Source of the DNA: a virus
Virus record (IMG/VR): IMGVR_UViG_3300045988_175607
Coordinates: 47,956-111,955 of that record
Reading direction: 5' to 3' (one strand)
Length of the DNA: 64,000 bases
The position numbers and the translations under genes were made by a program. Below are positions 51,377 to 62,601 of the stretch, in pieces (positions within the stretch are counted from its first letter, which is position 1; each line of letters starts with the position of its first letter). Under the pieces are notes generated by a model, which ran no database searches, had not been told where the DNA came from, and saw nothing but the letters and a program-made list of their open reading frames with translations.

Positions 51377-51671
51377 GTTTTAACTCCTATAATAAATTTA
51401 TAGCTTCAAAAACAGTTTTACGATAAGTGTAAAAATCTAAATGTTCTTCAATTTTTAAACCTTCTAATTTACTTAATAAAATAGTAAAAGAAAGCTCTGG
51501 CGCAAATATTTCATTCAAGCCAGAGATTTCTACAATTATCGTATTTAATTGTTTTAACCAATCTTCCTCATGTTCGCGCATAGGAATTAATTTCCAAATC
51601 TAATTTGTTAAACGTAATAAATCTTTATTAATAATCTCTTCAGTAATAGTAAAACCATATTTAGTCATCAT
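51369..51671 (-). CDS. Hypothetical small protein (about 100 codons, 2 in-frame TAG)
   Basis: ATG 51671 overlaps the upstream TGA (ATGA); TAA 51369. Confidence 0.4.
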
Positions 51672-52258
51672 TGTCTATCTAACGCACTCTTTTCTCGCAA
51701 TATAGACCAATTAGATTCATAAGCACCTCGCGCATTTTTCTTGCGGCGGCCATAAAGCCTTTGCATATGAATTGATTGACGCTATGTTTCTGATAATAGA
51801 GCTAACATTTTTGATAAATGATTAGCTTGGGAAGTAAATTTAAAATCTGATCCTGAATACTTCATCCTCGTATTTTCAATGGACGCAACTTGTCTATTTA
51901 CCCAAGCGCACATCATTAAAATAGCTATAATATTAATTTCTTCTTCTGTTAAAGATTCTAAAAAATAAGATTTATCAATAATTACATCAGGAATATCATC
52001 TGGCCCAGAAGGTATCTTTCCCCATAAAACACCTACTACAAAATCATCAGAAGTTACCATATCTTCTGGAATTGTTTCAGTTTTTATGACATAGGAAGAA
52101 ATATTATGCCTAGGAAATTCAAACCCTGGCAATGATTCAATTAAAAGGTTCTGCAAATCTTTTAATGTATCTTCTGGAGTCAATTCAATATACATATCAT
52201 CAGTAATTTTACCAAGAAAGCGATTATATACTTTGGAAAATTCAGTTATTCCATCCAC
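51668..52258 (-). CDS. Putative head-tail connector/adaptor protein (about 196 codons, 1 in-frame TAG)
   Basis: Track ORF 51782..52258 extended through TAG 51782 to TGA 51668; the position downstream of the capsid genes suggests a connector. Confidence 0.4.
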
Positions 52259-52285
52259 AGTGTAAACTCGCCTCCTATTTATTTA

Positions 52286-52882
52286 TTACTTTACTACTTT
52301 ATAAACTGGAGTAGTGGGAGTTTCTTCGTTACTCTTCTTGTAATCAACAGTAGTACGACGTCCAGTAGGTGCAGTATGAGCAGTTTCAGTATTTTCCTTC
52401 TTTTCAGTTTTTGTAAATACTTCATCAGGCTCCTTAGACTCTTTATCATGCTGGATAGCAGCAGTAACATTAAAACCAGTCTTTTTCTGCAAAGCCTCTA
52501 TCTTACGAGTATCAGTTAAAGGCAAAGACACAGAATATTTCTTAATTAAATCCATAGCACCAACGGGAGCATAATCAAGAGCATCAAGCCACTGATCAAG
52601 TGGGCCAGTTTTAATCAAATCTATAATATTCTTTTCTGACATCCAATATTCAGGAGTTGCATAAATATTTAAGCTATTGATTGCTTCATCGCTATCAATT
52701 TGCAAAAAATTTGCCATCAATTCACGACCGCCAGGCTGATAAGTAAGTTTTTCTAACTCTGCATAAGAAATTCTCTTGTTTTCACCAGGCGCGAACTCTC
52801 TACGGATATTTTCTTCTGGAATTTTATAAACTACTACACTAGCACTACGATTTTTTACATTAAAATTTTTATTACCAACCAT
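52286..52882 (-). CDS. Hypothetical head protein (198 aa), TAG-free
   Basis: SD AAAGGAGAT + ATG 52882; TAA 52286. Confidence 0.5.
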   Translation of the reverse strand: MVGNKNFNVKNRSASVVVYKIPEENIRREFAPGENKRISYAELEKLTYQPGGRELMANFLQIDSDEAINSLNIYATPEYWMSEKNIIDLIKTGPLDQWLDALDYAPVGAMDLIKKYSVSLPLTDTRKIEALQKKTGFNVTAAIQHDKESKEPDEVFTKTEKKENTETAHTAPTGRRTTVDYKKSNEETPTTPVYKVVK

Positions 52883-52906
52883 TTTATTATCTCCTTTTTC
52901 TCATAG

Positions 52907-52950
52907 CAAAAAATGGGAGAAAAGGGATACAAAGTACCCTTTTTTCTCCC
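52907..52950 (-). terminator. Terminator hairpin after the major capsid gene
   Basis: GGGAGAAAAGGGATAC / GTACCCTTTTTTCTCCC imperfect 16-bp stem with a flanking A/T run. Confidence 0.5.
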
Positions 52951-52963
52951 CTTATATTAAAAA

Positions 52964-54073
52964 TTACGGATTGTCGTTACCAATAACAACATTAGACTGC
53001 CAAGCAACATTGGAAGCACCATCAAGATGCCATGTATCCATTTGACCCAGAAGAGCAGTGTCAACATAAGCACAAATATTATTGGCCATCATGCACACTA
53101 CGCCAACCTTCTTATAGACCTGAACTTCGCGAGAGCGATCATAGTTATTATATTCATCAACGATAGTATTACCTTCAAAAGCAACCTTTACAGGCTTGCC
53201 ATCAGCGCCAGTAGGAATAATCCAAGCATAACCAGGATCAATAACCTTCTTTTCATTAGTGCCATCTTCAAAGCCCTGTTCAAGAATAACAACCTTCTTA
53301 CCCTTATAGCTAGCCAGACGGCCGGTACGCCAAAGTTCATCCTTCATAGACTCAGTATAACGCCAAGCTTCCTGAGGAATCATATTGACAGCAAATTCAT
53401 AAGTACAATAAATAGTAGGTTCGCCATAAGCAGAAGCAATGGTTAAAAGGCGATCAAAGGAAGCCTCATCAAAACCTGCGGCCGCAACGCGATTTGCAGG
53501 AGGAAGCTGATTGATAGAAGCCTTCAAGGCAGCACCAATCTCCTTATAAATGAGTTCATCCATACCTTCCATAATAATAGCGGTAACTTCAGCGAAATCA
53601 ACACGGCCATCAAGAAACTCTTCAAAGCCAATCTGAGCAGCGCCACCAATCGCGCTAGTGCGCACTTCAAAAGCCTCTTCAGCTACGCCAAGCTTAAAGA
53701 CCTCATACATACCAGCAAGGCCAACGCGAGTTACAAACTGCTTAGCACGCTGACGAGTGTTAAGCTTCCTACGGAAAATGGGTTTATCGCCCTGCTTAAA
53801 AGTCTTAACTTCAGCGAACTGATTATACTGCTCTTCTACCTTCTTGGGGAGAACATCATCAAGAGTCTCTTCAATAATGGAGAAAATCAGATTTTTATTT
53901 TCACGATAAAGAGAATAAGAACCCGCAAGTTCATTCATCTCCATACGAAGTGTTTCATTAAGTGTATCATAGTCTAAATTCTTGCCATCCCAGCTATAAG
54001 CAACAGGAGAAGCAGGCTTAGCCTTAGCTACAGTCTTCATTAATGCAACAAGATTATTACGATCTAAAGCCAT
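52964..54073 (-). CDS. Major capsid protein (369 aa), TAG-free
   Basis: Complete ORF; SD GAAAGGAGA + ATG 54073; TAA 52964; higher-GC, well-biased codons; position within the portal-scaffold-capsid order; a terminator follows. Confidence 0.6.
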   Translation of the reverse strand: MALDRNNLVALMKTVAKAKPASPVAYSWDGKNLDYDTLNETLRMEMNELAGSYSLYRENKNLIFSIIEETLDDVLPKKVEEQYNQFAEVKTFKQGDKPIFRRKLNTRQRAKQFVTRVGLAGMYEVFKLGVAEEAFEVRTSAIGGAAQIGFEEFLDGRVDFAEVTAIIMEGMDELIYKEIGAALKASINQLPPANRVAAAGFDEASFDRLLTIASAYGEPTIYCTYEFAVNMIPQEAWRYTESMKDELWRTGRLASYKGKKVVILEQGFEDGTNEKKVIDPGYAWIIPTGADGKPVKVAFEGNTIVDEYNNYDRSREVQVYKKVGVVCMMANNICAYVDTALLGQMDTWHLDGASNVAWQSNVVIGNDNP

Positions 54074-54090
54074 TATATTTTTCTCCTTTC

Positions 54091-54855
54091 TTACGCTATG
54101 CGCATTAATTTAACGCCTTTTTGACCATCAGGCATAGTATACAGACGCACTACCTGCCACTTCATAGAGCCATCACCAGACTTGCTGAGAATACCGTCAG
54201 CCGCACGGGGAGAAAGCTCATCACCAAGAGCAAGAGTAGATTCCGCAATCATGTTAGTGGTAAAGATATCACCCACATTAGTCTTAAATACGCGGGGAAC
54301 CATCTTAGTGCCTTCGGGCATCTTGCGCTCATAATGCTTACCAAGAATGTGGAAGGGATCTTCATTATAATGAATTTCATAATAATCAGGGCCGGCAGTT
54401 ACATCGTCATAATTGTAAGTCTTGCCACCAAGTTCAATGCTAGAATCGCCATTATTATCTACGCCATTGTAATAACGAGTCTGTTTATCCTCTTCGGGCT
54501 TTTCCCAATCATAAGGACTATAAACACGAGCTTCATAATTATCTTTCAGCATAGCGAACTCAGCATCAACCTGATGTTCACGATAAAGCTTAATCTCATT
54601 ATAAACAAGCATCCATTCGCCCTTACCAGCGAAATTTACCTCACCACCATTGGCGGCAGCATAGTCATATTTTACAAACTGACCATTTTCTAAAATCTTA
54701 ATATCTTTATTAGCAGGCAGCTGACCATAAATCTGTCCAGTCCTCTGAGCTGAAAGATGGTTAGGTTCTACTTGGCCATAACCATAATCAACATAGCCGC
54801 CATTAGCGGAATCTGCCTGGCTAGTAATGTGTTTCTTTAAAAACTCACCCAGCAT
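54091..54855 (-). CDS. Capsid-associated protein (254 aa; decoration or auxiliary capsid protein), TAG-free
   Basis: Complete ORF between the scaffold-like gene and the MCP; TAA 54091. Confidence 0.4.
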   Translation of the reverse strand: MLGEFLKKHITSQADSANGGYVDYGYGQVEPNHLSAQRTGQIYGQLPANKDIKILENGQFVKYDYAAANGGEVNFAGKGEWMLVYNEIKLYREHQVDAEFAMLKDNYEARVYSPYDWEKPEEDKQTRYYNGVDNNGDSSIELGGKTYNYDDVTAGPDYYEIHYNEDPFHILGKHYERKMPEGTKMVPRVFKTNVGDIFTTNMIAESTLALGDELSPRAADGILSKSGDGSMKWQVVRLYTMPDGQKGVKLMRIA

Positions 54856-54876
54856 TGTTTATCCTCCTTAAAACTA

Positions 54877-56415
54877 TTATTCTTCTCTAGATTTTGCAAC
54901 AGCAAATGCAGCCTTTAACCAAGCAGGAGTATTATCAACTTCATCATGGTCTAAATTATAAGTAATAGGCCCATTCTCATCTGTTTTCTTTTCCTCATCA
55001 AGGTCAAAACTTACCTTATTGCGGAAACATATTATAGAAAGTTTTGCTTCAATATCATCCAAAGAATAAGAATCAATATGATCAACAACATCTTTCTTAT
55101 CATCATCGGACAGCATATAAAAGCTATTTATCATAGCCTGCTTATCCTTGCGCTCGGCCGCAACCTTAAACTGAGTCAAAGACTCAACTTGCGCAGTTAA
55201 CTCATTATTAGTTTCCTGCAAGGCATTATACTGAGCTTGTAAAGTATTTAACTGTTCAACAACAGTATTATACTCTTCTATAGAATAAGAAGTTTTCTTC
55301 TTCTTCTTATCTTCCTCATCATCAGACTGAGATTCATTATCAGAATTATCTTCTTCTTCTGACTTTTTCTCATCCTCAGTGGGCTTCTCTTCATCCTCAG
55401 AAGGCTCTTTAGTATTCTTTTTCTTATATTCTTCCATATAAGCTGCAACATCGGCTTCTGCAAACTGATTAATAGGAGTATAATTTTTAGTTACTTCAAT
55501 TAAAGTGTCAGAAGCTTGGAAGCCCTCTGTTTCAGAAAGAGAGAAATTTAAACGATAGTATTTTGTATCAGCGCTTCTCAGAACTGCAAATTTTTGACCA
55601 TTTTCTTCGCAAATGCTATCAATGCTATACAAAGAAGACCATTCATCAGCAGGATCTTTATAAGTCTTATGAATATAATCCCATACGGCTGACCAAAGAC
55701 TATCGCCAATATCAACGGCATAAGTATTCAATACTTTCGCTCCTCCTTCATTCAAAATATTCTTTAACTCATTCATCATTGAGAAGAGCTACTTTTTAAA
55801 CCCATCCTCGAATGAGAATTGAATAGGAGCTGTAATACTCGCTCCCTCAAAGCAAGGTTCTACATCTTCGCCTAAAATACAAAGATTCTAAATTATTGCT
55901 TCATTGATAATAAAAAACTGCGGTTTTCCTTTATCATCTTTTGTCCAGTGTCCTTTTAAAATTGTATTGTCAAGTTCCATTGAGTGGTTATTACCTATAT
56001 CAATAATACGTTGACATTCAGGATACTAGCCAGTCCATAAATATCCTTCTGTTACTAAATATTCACGTTCTATTACATCATCATCAAGGAATTTCTAAAA
56101 CCAAACTTTAGCACCCAAATCAATAAAGCCATAAGGCCTTGTATTTTCTTTAAAGGTTAATTGGCCATTAGAAATTTCTATAATTTTATTATGTTCTTCA
56201 AAATCGCCATTGGCCTCATTATAATAACCAACAATGGGACTACCTGGCAATGAATTAGCGAGCTTTCGCGCAACATCCTTAGTAATTATACTCTTATTGC
56301 GATTAGGCTCATCTTGAACATAACAAACTTTTATTTGACATTTAGAAATTAAAGGATTGAGCGGAGTCACGTTAATGAATTCGATGGACTGTTCAATGCC
56401 TATACTCTTATGCAT
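54877..56415 (-). CDS. Head morphogenesis protein: N-terminal domain fused to an acidic coiled-coil scaffold-like C-terminal domain (about 512 codons; 4 in-frame TAG in the N-terminal half, none in the C-terminal 300 aa)
   Basis: TAAGGAGGAATATTA + ATG 56415 right after the portal TAA; track ORFs 56095..56415 and 54877..55779 share a frame and the 55780-56094 gap contains only TAG; the C-terminal part has an SEDEEKPTEDEKKSEEEDN acidic tract plus heptad coiled-coil; an internal in-frame ATG at 55779 could give a nested scaffold product. Confidence 0.45.
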
Positions 56416-56427
56416 TAATATTCCTCC

Positions 56428-58035
56428 TTAACTCATAGATTCTTTATTCTAGATAGTTTTTTCGCTCTTTTGGTCATCAGATTTTTCTGGACGACCAATT
56501 TCTTTACTATCCTAATTTGTTTGATTTTTTATCTAATTACTTTGCTCTTTGTTACCCAAAATTAAATCACTGCTCATAGTAGAACTCATAAGCGGAGGAA
56601 TCATAATTTCGTATAACTTTAATATATCATTCTCAAAGTGGGCAGAATTCAAAATGAAACTCTAAGAATGTCCAAGAGCAATCTAAGGTAACATCTTTGA
56701 GAAACCAATCTAAGATTGTTCTTTATATAATTTTGCCAATTCTTTATAATTATATTGAGTTGTTTCTAACATACAAAAATTAAAAATACACTTACTATTT
56801 TTATATTTTTGGCTTATAATACGATCAAAAAACTATTCAAATTGAAGCAATAACTTACGTATCGAAGATTCATCATTAAGAATTGATTTTTCCAAAGACA
56901 AATTACCATCAGTATTAAATAAATTACGCGAAATACCTAATGCATTATAAACAGTGCGTTCAACTTTTTCTAAATCATCTTTGGTGGTTGAAGTGTTTTT
57001 ATCAGACATATCAATAGAATCAACATCTGTAAATGTCGTTAAAACATCAACTCCAACAGCACGACGCAACATTTCTACTGCATTGTTGTGTATATCTCTA
57101 GCTTCTTCAACATCAAATATTAAATCACCATTTTTGTCTCGCGGCAATTTTTGGACAACAATTTTTAATAATTGCTGCATTTGTTTTTTGCGGTCCAGGT
57201 CTTGGGCGGCATCCAAGTCAAGAATCGCAGGAATTGCATTTACAAACATTGGTAAATCATGATGCAATAAATTAAATTTTACAGTATTTTCTGGTTCAAG
57301 CAAATACCAGCTTCCCTAATTATCTCCAGCAAAGTCAGGTTGTAATTTACCCTATTTATAAAGTAAATATCCTTTTGAAAATTCATCAGGAAATAACTTT
57401 AAAATACGCATACGATAATTAGTGTCTCTAAACGTATCAAAGTATCTCATGTCAAATTCTACTGCAGGAGTTGAACCAACATTATAGCGGGAGCGGCAAT
57501 AGTCAGTTGGCAGCTATTGTAATACTAAACTTTTATTCATATTAACAATATATCCATAATAAGCGCCATTTTTGACTACTTCTAAAGCTATATCGCCGCA
57601 CACTTTTTTAATATAAGATTTATCAAGAAAATCTAATACACTAGCAAAATTTTTTAGAACTTTCTCGACAATAGCATCTTCATAAACTTTTGGATCTACA
57701 TACCAATCATAACGATAAAGATAGGCGAAGTAATTGCAGACCTTTTGATAAATACCATTTATCTCATAAAAAAGATTAGAAATTCTTCGCTGTTCTTTAA
57801 CATCATGTTCCATTAAAGCTTTAATAACCATGCCTTTATTAATTGCTGGACCATGATTACCTTTATCTTTTGGATTGGGACAATAGGAACCTAATTGAAG
57901 AACAGCATCTTCAACAGATTTTACTCCAATGCGAACTTTCTTATATTCATTAGGTGCGTCTGTGCGATAATATGCATATCCATCAACCATAGCAAAACCT
58001 TTATCATGAATTTGCTATGTGCGGGATTTATTCAA
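56428..58035 (-). CDS. Portal protein (about 535 codons, about 11 in-frame TAG)
   Basis: SD AAAGGAGGTG with a 9-nt spacer to TTG 58035; track ORFs 57514..57990 and 56833..57303 share a frame and are joined by TAG; TAA at 56428-56430; located immediately after the large terminase. Confidence 0.55.
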
Positions 58036-58056
58036 ATTACGCACCTCCTTTGCTGT

Positions 58057-58413
58057 TAATATCCAGCTCGTTCCATAATATAATCATAAGAAATAAGATT
58101 CTCTTCATTATAAGGTATTTCTATTAAATTAAAATCATGTAAAGCACAAAATCGACGTTTTTGATTATCGTTATATTGCTGTTGGTAAAAACCTCTTTTG
58201 CCACCAAATTTACTACTTGGTTGGTAATGCTATTTACCCTAATACTCAATAATGAAATCAATACGTCCATCATCATCAAAAATAACAAAATCAAAACGTA
58301 AAGGACGCCCATTAGGACTTTTTAAATCGGGAAAAATATACTCCATTTTAAAGTTTAAGCCTGCTTCGCGCAGGATTTCTTCGATCTTGATTTCCGCTCG
58401 TGAAGCTCGCACT
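58057..58413 (-). CDS. Small DUF559/Vsr-like (restriction-endonuclease-fold) protein inserted between terL and portal; 2 in-frame TAG
   Basis: Motif RFDFVIFDDDGRIDFIIEY-TAG-GK-TAG-HY corresponds to the family signature IE.DG.QH if TAG = Gln; apparent GTG start at about 58413 after GAGG; a 31-codon MKNFAVIANRAIRSFNTT... ORF with a strong SD (58414..58507) precedes it in another frame, so an indel or programmed shift may be present. Confidence 0.4.
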
Positions 58414-58521
58414 ATTGATAATACCTCGCAGCAATATCAGTATAGTTTAATATAGTTGTATTAAAACTTCTAATAGCTCTATTAGCTATTACTGCAAAAT
58501 TTTTCATATTTTATTTCTCCC

Positions 58522-60252
58522 TTAATTAAAAAAGGCCCAATCTTTTGCATTAAACCTTTTACGTTTTTTCTTGTCATCTTCCTCATGTTTAATGTAATAT
58601 AATCCATATTCAAACGCAGAAAATTTGTCTTTTCGTATCCCACGATTTACCTATTTTAAAATAATATTAATACCTTCATTTTCTTCACGAAGATTCAACA
58701 TTTCTTCTTTTAATATGGAAGTGTAATTAAATGGTTTTAAATAATCTGTCCTTTGTTCGGGCGTCATATTTTGACCAACTTTTGTATTAAGTAATTTTGC
58801 TTTTGCTGTCTATACATCAATCAAAAATTTTACTTTTCCAGAAGATAACTGAGTTTGCGCATTTGCATGAGCATCAGTATTTAATGATGCATTAGCTTTA
58901 ACTAAATACATTGCATCTTGTTCTGTAAAATTAGTTTTATATTTTTTATAATAGTTATCTTCATCGTTATAAACACCAAAATCATAATAAGTTTCATTTG
59001 TCTCAGGATTAACCTACGTTTTTATCATGTAGTCTACAAGTCCAATACCTAGACCATTCGCATCTATGATAAGACGTCGCGCCTTAAACTTATAATATAA
59101 CTATTTTAATTTTATTGCCTAATCTTCAAAATGCTCATCCGTTAACACAAATATGTTAACTAATTTTTTGATTGATGTACCCTGCTATTGTGGAATTACA
59201 TTAAAAACGCAAACAACAGTATCACATTGTTTGCGGCCCACATCCACAGAAAGCACATAATAAGATTGTTTTGATGCACGTCCAGATGGCTCATATTCCG
59301 GTTGATTAAGAATACGGTTTCGCTCAAAAACTTCAGGATTGAAAAATGCATCCTCTACTGTTCCAGACCATTTCGACTCATATTCTCGCTAAAACGCACT
59401 TTCATTAAAAGTACCATCCATACGTAAATCTTGAACAAAGCTTTTGTCCAAAAGCTTCATAAGCACGGGGATGCGATAAGTGCCTCCAAGTATAATTGAA
59501 CGCTCTGGCTTCACGATCTACCAAACTAACAACTAGATGAGTTTGTCATAGGCATACGTGTTCTTATATCCAGCTGTAGTCACGTAGATTTGGGACTTGT
59601 TGAGCGTTTCCTCAGGCTATGTTGTTCCATCCATACACATACGTGAAATGTTCATTGTGGGAATGATAACCTGAGACAATATATCGCCATCGACTCCAAC
59701 ACATTCTTCTATGACTCCCCCATGACGACGCTTACCACGAGAGGTTTCACGCGCTGCAATATTATCAAAATAAGAGCCATTTTTAAATACTATTGTAGTT
59801 TGGTCTTTACTAAATCTAGTTTGACCAGGCCTATAATCAATTTCCTTATCCATAGCTGGGATAAGGTTACATATTTCTTGCACCTTTTCTTTTATGATTC
59901 CGGCTGCCTATTCTTTACCACCCGAAGTAACGAAAAGTTTGCACTTAGGATACAAAATGCAACGAATCATTAAAATCATAATCGCAAGAAATGATTTACT
60001 GTACGCGCGCGGATAAACTGCGTATACGTATTTATGCCGCATTGCCGCACGCAAAAAAACTCGTTGATAAAAATAAAGATGAAAATTTTGGGGATTTCCT
60101 GCTTCCAAAAGAAAGTCAATAAACATATCTGGGTATTCGCGCCAGAATGCCACATATTCACGCACCACTGGAAGAATTGCGGTCACACGCTCTTCGGAAA
60201 GCCCTAATTTATTGTATCGAGACTATAAATTTAAAAGTTCTTGTAATGCCAT
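58522..60252 (-). CDS. terL: Terminase large subunit (about 576 codons, about 10 in-frame TAG)
   Basis: ATG 60252 overlaps the upstream TAA (TAATG); Walker-A-like YPRAYSKSFLAIMIL near the N-terminus; track ORFs 59908..60186 and 59617..59883 are joined by TAG; hand translation continues through 8 further TAG codons to TAA 58522. Confidence 0.7.
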
Positions 60253-60683
60253 TAATTATTTTTGCCCAAGGCTAATTCTTCAGTCAATCGCGCATCTGCT
60301 TCTTGCTCAGACTCAAGAAATTCCTCTTGCTCCATAAAGTCTGCATCAGTAATTTCTGGAACTACATCTTCCATTATTTCATCTTCGATATCTTCATCTT
60401 CTTCTTTATTTTCTTCGTAATTCATTGTGCGTATTGAAGATTCAATTAAGTTGCCCAAGTTCATTTCTTCTGTAACTAAAGTACGCACATAATTTTTTGT
60501 ATCCTATAAAGTTTCATCAACTTTATCTTGTGGTGTGGATATATAATAACGTGGTATAAAACCTTGCTATTCACATAAAGTAACAAGTTCAGAAACTGAA
60601 TTAACATATTCACCAGATTCTGCCTTGTTCTGAGCAGCGGTAAATTTTCCTGATTTCATTAAGTTATCATACACACGGCTCAT
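60252..60683 (-). CDS. Putative small terminase subunit / DNA-packaging protein with acidic C-terminus (about 143 codons, 2 in-frame TAG)
   Basis: GAAGG + ATG 60683; TAA 60252 overlapping the terL start; the small-terminase call rests on position and size only. Confidence 0.35.
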
Positions 60684-60847
60684 TTTTTGAAAACCTTCTA
60701 CCATTATATATGTTACGAAGTATCGCTACTACTTCTCTTTACATTTCTGTAAAGTTCAGACTATATCTTTATCTTTTACCATAATTTTAAAAAGATACTC
60801 TCCATTTCGGAATACTTATTCCTACGTCTTTCGACTAGTCGTTGAAC

Positions 60848-61687
60848 CTTTTATTTAAATTTCCAATAAAATCCTCCGGCTAAGCCTTGTTTAGAAATTG
60901 CCCTACTTATATTAGCAATCTTCAATTCTTTCTAAGCTTGAGCAATAGAAGGAAATTCTTTAATTATGTTTTTTTCTTTATCTAACTGATACACAGGTTT
61001 ACTACTTTTGTTAGTTTTTATTATATATGTTGCATGTAAATTATTTTCTTGATAAGTAATTTTTTCTAAATTTTCTTTAGCATTATTTAATTTATTGCCA
61101 TCTTTATGATTTATAACATATCCTAATAAATCAAAATCATTATAAAAATTACTATAAACTAATTGATGTATACGATAAGTTTTACCCTAATTATTATGCC
61201 ATAAGCTTATACACTCATATCCACCACTATTATCCTAATAACTTTTTAATAATCTCTAAGTGCGAATATTCATTATTCGTCCTATAGATGAAATTACATA
61301 ATTTGGATAATCTTTTACAGGTCGCCATTCTTCATCAGATAAATTCCCAATAAATTTATTAATGGTCTAGTTTCCGTTTTTTCGCAATCCTGTATTAATA
61401 GCATGTATACTATTTTCTTTTTCAGTAACCCACTCTAAATTATTTATGTTAAAATTATGGGTATCTCCATCTTTATGATTCACTATATTTTTCCCAATGG
61501 GCTATACTAAAAAAGTTTCTGCAACCATTCGATGTATTTTTACCTATTTCTTTTTTCCATTTATAGTTAAATTATAAGTAGGATATGTTACTGACATTTT
61601 TGGTGTTAAAAACTTGTTAGATAAATTACTAAAACATCTACCATCATCATAAATGATATAAGATGTATCTTTATATTGTTGAAACAT
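60848..61687 (-). CDS. HNH homing endonuclease with NUMOD4-like N-terminus and two HNH_3-like motifs (about 279 codons, about 8 in-frame TAG)
   Basis: SD AAAGGAAAT + ATG 61687; motifs VNHKDGDTHNFNINNLEWVT and INHKDGNKLNN (H-x-D-G-x-x-x-N-N), plus YPNYVISSIGRIMN (NUMOD4-like); TAA about 60848; no track ORF because TAG recurs every <60 codons. Confidence 0.6.
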
Positions 61688-61834
61688 ATTTATTTCCTTT
61701 CTGGAATATTAAATAACTTGGCTGCTGATTGTCTATATATCTTTATTTTTTTCAAACTTTCTAATTTATCTCTATAAAGAGATTCTTATGTAGTAAATAA
61801 AGCTTTAAGAGTTTCCAGCAATTAAAAGAGTTTT

Positions 61835-62598
61835 TAGGCGACATAAAAAAGTTTATCGCCAATATCAATCAACTAATTGGCTTTTAAAGAAGTTTTACAT
61901 ATTAATTTAAGAGTGTCAATATGACCGGCACTTTGAATGTCATAAGACTGAAGAAATTCATTATATAATTGTTCAAGCTTAATCCATTCTTCAGGCTTAT
62001 AAGTTTTTCCCCATTTAAGACGTAACATTAATTTTTCTTCATCAGTTAAATCAAATGTTTCTTCAGGGACTTCAATATTATTTTGCTAATCAAAGTAATC
62101 CTGTGATGAGCCAAACTCATCACCATTTGAGGTGGGTATCTGGGGTTGTTCATAATGTTCATCAAATGTAAAAGTAGCCTTATTAATAGCTTCAGCAATT
62201 TGTTGAGCATCATATCCAGAACGCTTCATCGTTTGTTCTATTTTACTTTGCGCAAGTTCCTGTAAAAAAGCCGTATCTTTCCATCGATAATCTCTAAATT
62301 GTTTGAGTTTCATTTTAGAAAGGTAGCGCCCTATAATGGTCATACCAGTTAATTTTTCTGGATTGCCAGCATATTTTGCCATTAACTTGTTCCATTCATC
62401 AGGAACATAAGGTACGTCAGCTTCTTCTAAAATCCAAAGATAAGTATTTGGATCCCAGTTATCAACATGCATGGTCATACATTTTTTGCAAATATCGAAT
62501 TTACCATTGTTAGGATATTTTTCTAAATTATTAGAAGAATAAAATTGTTCCCCATCCATGGTACGATTACATTTTTTGCAATAATATAATTCGCCCAT
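61835..62598 (-). CDS. Zinc-ribbon protein (about 254 codons, 2 in-frame TAG)
   Basis: SD AAAGGAGAAAT + ATG 62598; N-terminal CKKC...CKKC pairs; track ORF extended through TAG 62086 and 61874 to TAA 61835. Confidence 0.5.
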
Positions 62599-62601
62599 AA
62601 A

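Noticed and set aside
214-59973. Plus-strand ORFs in the track (for example 214..480, 3736..3927, 12411..12620, 15490..16885, 38398..39574, 47987..48928, 53027..53446, 54121..54693)
   Set aside because: They lie antisense to long, well-supported minus-strand genes, have low-complexity or hydrophobic junk-like translations and no RBS; they are treated as antisense artefacts.
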